DNA of 64,000 bases from Daphnia carinata (lineage: Eukaryota), in contig NC_081331.1 of assembly GCF_022539665.2 (NCBI RefSeq), forward strand, positions 5,022,001 to 5,086,000, written 5' to 3'. Both the position numbers and the translations under genes were made by a program. Position 1 is the first letter of the stretch. Each line of letters opens with the position of its first letter. Below are positions 13,828-26,291 of this stretch, one piece after another. Under the pieces are notes generated by a model. It had not been told where the DNA came from, ran no database searches, and saw only the letters and a list, made by a program, of their open reading frames with translations.

Positions 13828-16800
13828 TTAAACGAAACTGACATTCACTCTGGAAGAGGTGTTGATATTACGACTGGGAGGCCGTGGAGGTGGCATGGGT
13901 TTCGGTATGGGAGCTTTGAACGGTTCGTTGATCTTGGTTTTGCCCGGTTTAGGCGGTAGAGGTGGAGGCGGCGCTGGGCTGGCGGCGGTCAGGGGGTCGT
14001 CCAAGTCGAGCAGCTCGAGAGCAGGAGGCGTGGGAAGTGGCGGCCGACTGCTAAGAGGCTGCTGCTGCTGCTGCTGCGACGAGGGGACGTTGTTCCTCGG
14101 TCGGCTGTGCTGTTGCAGTTGCTGTTTTTGATCATCCGTCTCGCGGCCCTGGTAACAGCGCCAGTCCACGTCTAAATCGAGAAGCAAGTCATCCCAGTTT
14201 GAATTGGAATTCGACTTGGCAACCTGCAGAGAATCTAAACATCAGCGCTTGGGTTATGACAGCATCCGAACACACGTACCTGCTGACTTGCGTTTTGCTT
14301 AGCGCGGTCTTTTTGTTCGATTGCCGCAATACGTGCGGCGACGTTTGCCACGTTTTGTTTAGCCGCTGCTACAGTGATTTTGGCATGCGATGGTTGATTT
14401 GGCTTAAGATCAATGGTACCACTCGCAGAAGATCCGAAATACATTTCCGCCTCTTCATGGGTGGGCATTAATCCATCAGCAGAAAAACTCTTGTCCAAGA
14501 TTTGAGCAGCAATGGCGGCAAAATCCGGTGAGGCGCAAGAGCCGCTCATGCCGGAGCCACTGGAGCGGGGCTCAGAGACAACCTCACGCCTCGAAAAGAG
14601 AGGTTCGGATGCACGACCATCAAGCGGAAATTCATACGATTCCTTGAAGATAAAAAGAATTAATTTTCGCTCAGAAACCACCTCCATTATTAACAAACCT
14701 GGTATACTCTTCTGGGTCTGCATCCAATCGGTTCAGAAGCTCTCCCGTCAAGCGGGAGTTCGTGCGATTCTGGATAGTCGTCATTGGAACACCGACCAGG
14801 CAATTTCAGAAAGTCTGGCAGTTCATAGTTAATTTCCGTCCCTCTTTGGTCCTCAAGTCTGCATCTTTGCGCCCGTTTCAACCTCTCATAGAGAGCTTCA
14901 TTTTCCAGACGCGTGAGTGGGTTTCGTTGCGTGTTTGGCTTCCTCGATCCTGCGCACATGAAAAAAGATATTACAACGCTGATTCGATTTCGGGAAAGTG
15001 ATTAATTTACCAAATGGAGCTCGAGGTGGAGGCATTAAATGCGTGGCTGAACTGGATTTTGGTAGATCGTGCAGCGAAAGTCGTTTATTGGCAGCCGAAA
15101 TATTGGGATTCTGTATCGTTCCTTCACTTTTCGTTGGTGCCATAGTCTGTTTCTTTCCCGAAACTGTCCTATTCCGTTCGGCTTGAAGAGAATTTCTTCG
15201 ATTCAACCCTTTTCGACCAAGCAAACTCCCACTATTCTTCACTGGAAGGTCCTCTGGTTCATCACACTGTTCGGCTTGCTCTTGAGCTTGGCCCGAACCA
15301 TCGCGGTCTATTTCACCGACATCTTCGGGGGCATCATCTCGGTTCATCACCTAAACAAACGAGATTTAAAAACCATGAAATCCATCGCAATACAATTAGC
15401 AATTCACCTTCAAATGGCAACCGTCCAATGAGGCTAACAATGTCTTTGTTTGGACAACATCGCCCGTAGCCGATTTGACGATAATCGAGTGCTCAATCTT
15501 GAGTCCGTACTTTAAGAGAATCGGCTTAACCACTTCGCCTAGCTGCCTCCTGGGCTGACCACGGATCATCAGCGATTTGCCCGACTGGAGCAGTAGGAGA
15601 TGGAAGACGACTCGGGGTTCCAGACGGATTTCCATGCCACCCACTGCAGACGCGTCCCTTTCCAGCTCGATCGGTGTAGAATGATGGCTGTCAAAGAGTT
15701 CGAAGGCATTAAAGCGCAAACCCCGACGCTCCAGAAGTTTGCTGAGAAGTTGCTGGACACTTTGACCAGGACGGGCGGCAATAACTGCAGAGGACATATC
15801 GGGAAGGAGAACTTTGACCAGAGGCACTGTGCTTGCAGTACTCTGAATGTGGAACGCCCTGTCACTGAATTCAGATGCCACCGAGTCTTTAGACGCTGCT
15901 CTTTTAATCAGCTGGTCTTCATCATCCGTCGCATTTTCCTTTTCCTTATCAGGGCCACTACTGGTACTACCTTGTCGATTTTTTTTCTTGGCCGTCTTTC
16001 TGTAATCAGATTCGCCACGGTCCTGCATTTCAATTTTTCGAAAAATACAGTAAATTAGACAATCCTATATAAGATGTTTTTGTTTTTTTTCAAAGTGCAA
16101 ACCTTGGATTTAGACCGGTCTTTCTTGGGCCAAGGTAATAAGGACCGACGTCGACGTTCACCAGCATCACTGCCACTCTTTTTCAATGCCAAATTGCGAG
16201 TACTATCACTATCACCATCTCCGAAATCATAGTCAACATTCAAATCAGGATCATTGAGCGTTAATGCCGCTATGGGCGGCTGCTCGTTGTGTTGTAGAGC
16301 TTGAACACATTCGCGATAGATCGGTGAGCGTAGGAACCGTGGATAACAATCGTATTTCATCAAATTGAACACTTGTTTTTGAGCCTTGTAAACCAAAGAA
16401 GAAAAATATTTAACATAATCGATAGAAGGAAAAAAAAAAAGAAAAACTATACCTGATCGAATAATTCCGGGCTAGGTTGACAAAGGTTGTCTTCTGCCTT
16501 TTGTCTTGCCTGGGAGTCTACATTAACAGGTTCAGAGGCTGCTGGGCCAAGGTGACGTTCGAAAATCTTTTGGGCTTCATACGAGGCTGTTGTTGTATCC
16601 TCCGTTGGGAAAAGTCGATGGAACCGTTCGCAAGCGGCCCAAAAATAAATATTTTCGTGGCTAAACTCCTTCTTTAGAAAACCCTGTGTACGGCGAGCGA
16701 AGCGAAGCGCGTGTTCAGGTCAAAAACGTCACAATGAGCGATCGTTTCAAATCACGAAGGAAAAAGGTAAGAAAAAAAAGGTACTCACAGCGAAGGCCCG

Positions 16801-19800
16801 TAGACCCAGGGGGTCCTCTAGGAGTTTCTCGAAGCCTTGCGTCCAAACGTGTTGTTGAGGTTGTGAAGGAGGAGGCTGATCGGTCTGAATGGGTTTCTCG
16901 AGCGTGCCAGTCAGTATGGGCTCGTTGATGTTACTAGCTGTTGAAGCATTGGCCGCTACGGTCGGCCCAGGTCTTACATCTTGGCCGCACCGTTGATCTG
17001 AAGCCGGGTGTTGTACCTTGGGAAGATCGAAAACTCGAGCTATTCTCATGATCGACTCGCACTCACGAGAGCAAACAATCGCACTGCGGGTGGCGGTGAC
17101 GGTGATGAAACGAGACGAAGGCAAAAAGATAGAGCGTGCCGTATCGGAATTCATTGGAAAAAAACTAAAATCTCTAAGGAATGGGGTAACTTCACGCCCA
17201 ACGGCGACCGCATCCGCGTTTGAGCAGCGGTCGCCACCCAAAAAAGGGGAAATGGCTTTTTCTTCACTCACATAAAGAAATCAGAGCGCCATCTATTTCG
17301 CACTCGAAAATTCATTGGGGTCGGTTGTGTAACGCCCAGCATCCCTTTGTCATCCACTCTAGCCTTAACGATACTCTTCCTCATTAGACACAGTTAAACA
17401 ACTTTGCTTCGAATTCCTATTAAAGTTTTAACTCTCGTTTCTTTTTCCTTTCCGCCTTTTTTGTTCTAGCTCTCTAATCAATCAAAAAGTTTCTCTTACT
17501 TTACAAAAAAAAAAAAATCATATTTTACCTCGCTCTCTTCTTCTTCTTCACTATCATCGTCTTCGTAATCCAGTCTTTTGGCTAGCAGGTTCTGTCGCGG
17601 TGGGGATCCTGACTGGCCGGCTAAGCTGTGCCAGCCCACTACGGGATCAAAGGGAGTACTATCGTCCCAATCGATCTTGTCTAAACCGTTGTCAGATCCC
17701 AGCTGTTGGGGATGGTGATGATGGGGGTGCTGATGATGGGGTGGATCACCGGGCATACGTGCTTGTTGCTGGCAGCTCTTACTTAAGTCGTCCAGGCTAC
17801 GAGCACGACTGCGCTCCGACGGCGTTCGAGCAGGTCTGCGAAGACGCCAAGAACAAAAAAAAAATACACGAAATAAAATAAAGCAAAATAGATGAAATAA
17901 AACAGTTCAAAGGTCGCGAACCCGGTTGAGACCCCTTTGACTTGATTACTAGCAATTTCAACTAATCAACCGAAGTTGCCAAGTGCAATGGAGTTATTAC
18001 CTGTTGGCGGGGTGCGGTAGGCCGCCGGGTCGGCCTTTGAAGACTTGGGGGCTGAGTTTCTCCTCCAGTGTCATCGTGGCACGAACGCTCAGCGAAGGGT
18101 TGACGTGTTGGTGCGTCCCCGTGTTGCGGTTCAGCAACAGCATGGCCGGCTGCGGTTGTTGTTGTTGTTGTTGCTGCTGCTGGTTCAGGTAACGCTGCAT
18201 CGAACTCCTTAACCGAGCGGCATGTTCAACTTCGCCGGGACTTTTAATTGCCATTAGGGGATCAGGCATGGCTCGAACTGTTAGCCGGTCCAAATTGCCA
18301 TTGAGCGGAAGTGAAATGGGTTGGTAATGCATCATCAGCTGATCTTGCTGGTGGCGTAGTTGCAGCTGGACGTCCCGGTCGCTGTTTTTCCCATCATCTC
18401 GGTCCCGGAAGATGCCCGAATCGCTATTGCTGCTACTGCTGCTGCTGTGGCTGCTCAAATTATGTTGTTGTTGCTGTTGTTGGAGACGTTGTTGTTGCTG
18501 CTGCTGTTGTTGTTGTAGCAAAGGATTGGCCCAGCCCATCAATCCGATAGCGTTATTTCCATGGCATCCAGATGAAGCGCACAAAGAAAGTACAGCCTAG
18601 TAAAAAAACATTATTATAATCGCTAGTTCAAACGAGGCTCTCTCATTGGCTATAAAAGAAGAGGATGGTTTAATTGGCATGATCAAATGGTAATTCTCCC
18701 AGGTGTGAGAAAAGTGAGGACAAAAAAAAAACATGTATGTATCTAACCTGCAGTATCGGCTCGGCCGTGGGAGGGAACTCCAGACATCGTCCATCACCTC
18801 CGGCGGCTGGTGTGCATTGGAAGCGGAACGCGTGGGCTCGGGCCGCGTGCCCTTCGTGGGCCACCAAGCGGGAATCTACCATGAAAACGTGGCACGACGT
18901 GAAGCCTACACCAAAAAGGCGGAAGAAAAAAGAAAACGAAAGAAAAGGCGAGAGAGAGAGAGAAAATGAAAAGTCATGAGAGAACGTTGTTGGTTTCTTA
19001 CGGCATAGTTAACAAAAACGTAATGGATGAACGGAAAAAAGAAATGAGAAAATGAAAGACGGCGATCATTACTGTATACTACGAGTGTCTATCGCCAAAA
19101 AAAAAACGCCGCCAAAGAGACACATCGTCATTACGAATTTGTAACCTTTAAACTTTTCATTTCGTTTATGTGGTGGAGGGTTTCATAGACTTACCAGCGG
19201 CTGAGTTCTTACGATGGGCGTTGAGCATTTTCTCTTCGTGATCTGAAGTGGATTGATCGTCTTCTTCGTCGTCGTCGTCCGAGTCGTGGGAGGCGGATGT
19301 AACGAGTCCAAAGAAACGGGCGTCGTCGGCGTAAGCTCCGCAAAAAACGACACGTCGTGCAGGAAACCGTGCCAAATTGGCTCCAGCCGGGCTGGTCAGA
19401 GTGATCTTTCCCGACGAAGAACTGCTATTATTATTAGAGGCTATAGCTCCACCTCCGGCGGCACCGACGACCACTCCAGCACCTGGTCGGGGTCCCCACA
19501 CGCGGAGCAGCACCAACGTGTGAACCTTCTTTTCCACTCGGAGCCGACGCACGCAGCTCCTGCACGACAATCAAGACGACACTGGGTTAGAGAAGCGAAT
19601 GGGTCAAGTGTCACCGACGCGATCTCACCTGATTGCCGCCAGTCGAGCCGCCGCGCTGTTATTGCTGTTGGAATGGCTGCCGGAGGCGCTCAGACCACCT
19701 CCACTCACGCCGCTACTGGGAGACGACTGACTGCTAGAGTCTTCCGGCATTTCAATCGTCCCCAAGTAGCCTACAACTGAACGGTACATTAGCTGACCGG

Positions 19801-20830
19801 TGCTGTTTGTGGCCACTCCATTATTCGGCTGATGTTAAAAATCGGAATTTTAAATTGGAACATACCAGAAGGGAAAAAGATAAACAAAAGAAATAAAATA
19901 TTTGAATAAAATATATGCTGAACAAAATCTAAAAGGTTACGATAGTAAATTGTTTCGCCGTAACGCGTCCGACAGGGATTCCGACACTTATGTGTTACAA
20001 GACAAAGTCAACATATGATGGATGGACTTCGTTAGCCAAAACAAGGAATGATTGAAAGAGATCGTGGAATTTTTCCTTTTTTTTATGATTTCTTTTCTCC
20101 CATATTATCTTACTTTGTTCATTCTAGAATGAAGATTTGGCGAAGACAAGAGGTTGCCTATATGTTCTTGGCTACTGTCGCTTGAGTTTCGACGACGCCG
20201 ATTTTTAGTTCCGGAAGAGTAATTTGGCATTGGCGGGACGGGCATCATTCGGCTATGTAAATCTCGGACGGCTCTTTCGTTTCGGGTAGGAGGAGTTGCT
20301 CCTTTTCTTTTCATTCTTGGATATGATGAAGCAAAAAAAATTCAAATCAGTAAACAAACCTTACAATGGCACAAAATGAAGAGTAATTCCAAGCTGTTTT
20401 ACCGATTTGCATGTCTGGTCCTGGGCAGCCTAATTTTAGATGAAACCCTCATCTTTGGATCTGATTCCTCATCTGAAGAAGAATATCCCTTCGCTGTAGC
20501 TGGGATACCTGATTCAGCCAGATGCAGTCTCAGCATCCCCATGCAGGAACCAACAAGCCTAACCACTTCATCGTGAGGAGCCCTACTCACATCACATCCG
20601 TTGACAGCCAGCAAGCAGTCCCCTGCGTGCAACCCAGCCCTGTCTGCTGAGCTGTTGGGCACAACACAACTCAAAATGCATGGCGCTTGACCAGATATTG
20701 TGAATCCAAAGCCCTGCTGTCCCCTCGTGAGCTTGGCCACTTTGTAGGCCGGTGATGCCTGCAGATGTGAAGTCACAGGAGGTGAAAAAGGCCTGGCACG
20801 GGCCTTCTTCTGCCGTCTCGAAGCGTGCAT
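13828..20830 (-). CDS. loco: Regulator of G-protein signalling RGS12/loco ortholog (PDZ-PTB-RGS-RBD-RBD-GoLoco); multi-exon
   Basis: PDZ (RGQQGFGFTISGQAPCILSCVV), PTB (VVGYLGTIEMP, FFGLVT, CHVFMVD), RGS (FEKLLEDPLGLRAFA, FNLMKYDCYPRFLRS), two Ras-binding domains (15396-15900), GoLoco (ALYERLKRAQRCRLEDQRG). C-terminus VSFV is a class I PDZ ligand. Confidence 0.93.
18150..18520 (-). repeat. CAG/CAA trinucleotide tracts encoding polyQ and polyS in loco
   Basis: Runs of tgttgt and tgctgc at about 18155-18182 and 18427-18520 translate to QQQQ and SSSS in ORF 17997-18584. Confidence 0.85.
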
Positions 20831-23800
20831 TGTGATGAGCCGTGTGCAAAAAAAACATTCGGGGTCACTTCATTCCGTCACAACACACATTGTCTGCCAC
20901 AAGCCTTGATGCTTTTTTACCACTCACAACCAACAAGTTGGCGGTTCACCAAACAGAAATGAATCAATTTCACTAAGCGGGATCGACGTTCATCACGCAC
21001 TAGTGAATCCGTGTGGTGAAGATGGTTCGGTCATTTGTTGTCTAATGGGGGAAAGAAGACGCAGAGAAAAATTCTTCTTTCACTAACGGTCTAACGGTGG
21101 TTGTTGGACTGGATGTCGGGGGTATGGGTAGCCCGGGGCTTTTTAAATTTCACTATACGAAGACATCTAGCGAATAAAAATACAAACTTTAAAATGTCGG
21201 AGATGTCGTGAATAAATTCTTCTTCACGCCATCTATGAACTACTCGGTTCCCTAAATAAATTTATATCAGAAACGGGAAACGGTGACGGATGTGAGATCG
21301 CAGTAATGTAATAAACAAAAAATACAATACAAACCATGACAAAATGATGATGTGACATCCTGGGGTCATACAACAGCTTTGTTTGCACAGTTCATCAAAC
21401 TTTGACGGAATTCGATGTTTACTGGTTGGCTGATTGAAATATTCGTCGATCATCGAGTTAGATTGTGGCATTCATAAAGCACTCGATTGATCATAAAACT
21501 GCAGATCGACAAAAACCCTAGTTAAGCGAAGTATAGCGGCTTTCCATGGTATTTAACACAAACAAAAGTACGGGGGTTGTATAGCGTTAGACAACTGTTG
21601 ATTCCGCCACCAGTTCCGCAGACCGTGAAAATCCTCAGAACACGCCCGCGTCTACACGCGGAATTTTCATTTCTCGTCAAGCGAATCAATTTTCTAATTT
21701 GCCTTCCTGCTTCATGGCGTTGCTGTGAAAATTGACCAAACAGGGTGTACCGTTTTTTACTGCTATTAAATTCAACAGATCCATCAGAATATTTTAAGCA
21801 TTGTCATATTTACATTGGTCGTTATCGCGTGTCGTTGTCGTCTACAAACACGAGTTTGTAATACAGCAACGAGAAACTGTCGCCACTTTATGGCCTTTCA
21901 CGAGTTCTGAAAAAAAAAAAAAATAATAATAATTTAAAAAAAAAAAAAATTAACTCGTTGAAAGGATCATTATACTTCGCCTGTAGCCAAGTAATTTTGC
22001 ACTATACTTTTCTGCATTTCGTGACGAGGACATCGTACCCAACCGACCGTGAATCCGGATGTCTTGAGGGCGATATAAAAAAAAATACAACCAAGACACA
22101 GGGAGTAAGAATTTAACATACCCCTTAAATTAAATTACACTCAAGGCCATTTAACTTGTTGCAATAAAAAACGTGAACCAAACACGTCTCTTTTTTCTTA
22201 CCTTTTTCTTTTGGCTGGTTTATTACTATTCCAACGCTGCAAAAAAAAAAAAATTGAGCCACACGCTGTGTGGCACATCCTTCACGCGTGTGACCGGTAC
22301 TCGGTTGGATATTTATTTGTATACTTTCTCCCTTGTCCTTGTTTAGTTATACCGCTATGCCCTCTCGTCTAAAATAGAAAAAAAAACAAACAAATTTATT
22401 CAAACACTTGAAATCACTATTCCAAATGCATAGTGCCAATTGTAATTCCAGCCATCCTCGCCATTCGTCAATAATATAAGGAGTCACGCTCGGCAAGGCA
22501 TTATTCCGTGGGGCATACACCTTTTTCAAATGTTGCTGTCCATACAACATGCTCTTGTCGAGTGTGTGTCACGGCCATACAAGCGCGTTCCCATCGTTTC
22601 CTTTCTGACATACGGGTTTGCGTTTTAGAACGCATGCAGCGCTAACATTTTAAGCCATAGCTACAGTGTAAACCGTCCATTCTTACCCAGTGTCGTAACC
22701 GAATAAGGATAACAAAACGGCTACCTGATCGAGACCGGGGCAAACTAGTTTTTTCCTTAAGTAAAATTCCTATATCGTCTTTCTTGCTTTTATAAACAAT
22801 AAACGGGAAAAAAGGGAGATTTTTGATTCTTAATATTCTTGGCCGTAAACATAGCAGCCTATCCTAATACAAAAAGGGAATACAATACTGTACGTATAAA
22901 GCATCGGCCCGTTAAAGACAACGGTCACATTGATATTCAAAAGCGGTATTCAAACCAGTTTAAGGTAACGTTATCTTTTTCTCACGAAAGCTAGAAGTAA
23001 GACGAAACGCAATAAATTTAGCAATACTATCAAGCTAATGTTAATATTATACTGGTATCTATATATACTACCGTTGGAAAGGCAAACGCAAATTCTCACG
23101 CAGCTGCTGATTTAATTACTGGAAGTAGTTTACCTGTTCGTATGACCAGATGACCAAAGGAGAGGGTGTATGTTACTCGTTTGTAGGTAAAATCTCTCAT
23201 AACGGGATAACTATATCGTGAAAATAGAGACGGTTATGTCACGGGCCAACGCATATCGTTACAATTTGGCTTACCACTAATCGTGACCATTGAATCGAAC
23301 CCTGTAACCCCATTGTCCATTGTTTCCCAATAATGGTAAATGGCTTTACATCGTGAAACCGCATTTGATTGCATTCCTGGATTTCTCGAAAATGTTTGAT
23401 GTGGCAGTCTAGCGTACAAGGCTCCAACTCCGATCAATACTGATTCTGCATAAATTTAAAATGGAAATGAGTAAAATGCGGTTTTTTTCAAACGCAGAAT
23501 TCATTTGCAATTACGCGAAAACAAAGTGTGAGTGTTGAATTATTCCAGCCAAGTCCGCAGAAAGAAACTGAATATTTTCGGTTAGCCAGAAATAGAATAA
23601 TTCTGGCTATCATCACTATTTCTCGCGTCTCGCTATTGCCCTTTTCTTTTTTCTTACAAAAAAAATTTTCACAAGTCACCATTTCCGCTTGGAACACAAA
23701 AAGAGGAGCTTCCTCATTTACAGCCCAACGCGTTTCTTCGATGATGTTAAATCTTTTTTTTTTTCTTCCTGTTTTTACTCGGTTATCTTGCATACACACA

Positions 23801-26291
23801 GACGCGTGCGTTAACATATCAGATGGCGTTCATTCTGGAGCGCGCGTGCCGACGACTGCCTCACCCTACTGTCGGGGCTATAAATAAGCTTAAATAGGGC
23901 AGATACCCCGACCATTTGATGAGGTCATGAGACGGTCCGAGATCACTTTTCTCGCCCACAGATGTGTCCTTTTCGTCTAGGCCTCCCTGAAAATTGAAAA
24001 ACAAAAATACGTCATTTTAAATATTCACAAGATAAGTAATCGCATTGGCTCAATTTTTTATTAATGAGTCTTTAATTAAGATGTAAACATGAGTCGTTCT
24101 GAAAATGAGATTGTACTAGAAGAATAACTGAACACGAACTTTGTCATATGATTTAACTACCTTCCAGGTTAAATGTAGTGCATTAATCAGCATTTTAGCT
24201 ACAGGAATTTGTCAGCTCGTGTTTTGGTTAGTCCCTCGATAGGAATAATTTTTATGGTTTCAGTCGGTGCCACTGGAATTTTTGAGGAAAAATGGCGGAA
24301 TGAAAGTCAGGTATTATGACGTCATATCGTGAATATGCGTTGCTGATAAAAGGTTCCTTTAACCGACTTCCGTGCATAGCAAAAAAAGGAACATTAAAAC
24401 CACATTCTCTTTTCCTTGGAAGTGCTTTTTTTTTTAAGCCCAAAGCGAAAGGCCTTTCTTTTTTCTCTCTCTCTCTCTCTCTTTTACTATTGTTCCCAAA
24501 CGAGTTGCCTTGAAACGAACATGGCTAAACAATAATATTTTCAAACCTACAATGTGATGGCGTGTGCATAGATCACATCTGCCATCGGCGAAGGCCATTA
24601 CAACGATGTTGTTCTACTGCTCTCCTTTCCTCCTTATTATTCTTTCGTCGACTCTCGTCAATGGGCAACGTAGTCCACATTTGAATAATGGATACTGTGT
24701 TGCAACAATGTTTACTTTTAACCAATGTTTTAATCCATCAATAAACCGGATACAGGAGAAATCCACAGACAGAAGAGAAATGACGGGTGAATGACACATC
24801 CGGCTGTGCCGCAATCGACGTCATTTATTGGGGATTGTGGACTGGACTCATACCTATATTTATACGTTGGGATTTTTTTTTTCTCGTTCTTTCTGGCCAG
24901 GCAAGGAATTCCACGTGTTCTTTTTCCATTAGTTGGCGACAACAATTCTATTTTGGCCTGGTAACAGCACAAAAAGAACAATTACAACCCAGTTCCGTTC
25001 CCAAAGTCCTTCAAATTCCGACAAAGGGTTACACACATGTACACCACGTTTTTTTCGAACTAATTTGTTTTCACCACATTTTTTTGTTTGATCTGCCGAT
25101 CATCCGGAAAGTCAATAAAGCACACACAACAAAAAGTGTTTTCATTAGTAACAGGATGATTGGATTACCGGTTTTACGGTTCCACGGTTTTTAATCACCG
25201 AAAGAAACTTGGACAAATAAGATTAACAACATGCTTCTGTTTTCCTCGTTTCAGATGAAAATCTGCCTTCGACAATGAATCGATTTCAAACTAGTCGATC
25301 ATTAAGATATAATGCAGAAGGCTGCGTTGTCGCTTGTAAACAATTCGGTTTTGGATGTCTGCTAGAATTTATGATGAAATAAACGAAAAAAAAACAATTG
25401 CTGAGAAAAATAAACTGTTTTCTCCATTCAACTAGAAAAATGTGCTTTAAAAAAGTGAGGAAGGAATATCTTCCGTTGAAAGATTTTCGTTTGCCGACGG
25501 GAAATAATAAAAAAAATGCAGGAACAATCGATATACCTAGTATAAATTGCGGTTACCGTGGGAACCGCCGTTTCCTTTTATTTTTCCTTTTCCTTTTTGT
25601 ACGTACTTAATTTCACAAGGCTTACTTTTAATGCCTCGAAGATTTCATGGCAAGGAAGTTTTCAAGCTATTTTGCAAAACGCTGATAAATTACCGTTTGG
25701 CCAGGAAAAGTAAACGGCAGACAAAGTAAAAGGATTTTGACGAGAGACAGAAAAAAAGAGAGTCTGAGTGACTGACACGCAAGCGATGGTGCCATGTTGA
25801 AACAAATGAAGAGCTGGGAGCGCTGGCTGCGACCCCTATTCTCTCCCTTCTCTTCTGCGAGTCGGTTCAGTTTTCATAGTCCCAGTGCCATTTTCACACA
25901 AGACGACACAGACGGCCGAACCCAGTTCACTAAGGGCGTTCCCGGTTCAGTGCTGCTGCGTTCTCCCATCGTCTGGATCTGTTTCTGTTTCGACCCATTC
26001 ACTTGACGTCCACTCGGCCCGATCGCCTTACACAACTGCGGTCGACAAATTGCAATTAAAGCGTCGCCTTGAGGTGAAAACAACCCATCTAACCGCGATC
26101 CGTTCGTTCTACTACACTCGTACAAACGCCATCGAAAAACTTCTCTGTGGTGTGGTGTGTATGTGTGTCTGTATAGAGTGTGTGTGTGTGTGCCTATCCG
26201 TCTGGTGCCAGTGTGGGAGAAAAACACTCACATCCGACTTATTTCGGCCGTTTGCTGCTTCCTTTACTTTTATCACAACAACACAACGACC

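Noticed and set aside
18311..18600. Poly-Cys and poly-Val/Ala ORFs (also 13859-14131, 17983-18192)
   Set aside because: Opposite-strand readings of the polyQ/polyS/polyP codons of loco.
21300..26200. Many 60-135 aa ORFs between loco and abLIM
   Set aside because: Low-complexity, homopolymer-rich sequence typical of intergenic or intronic DNA; no coding signature seen.
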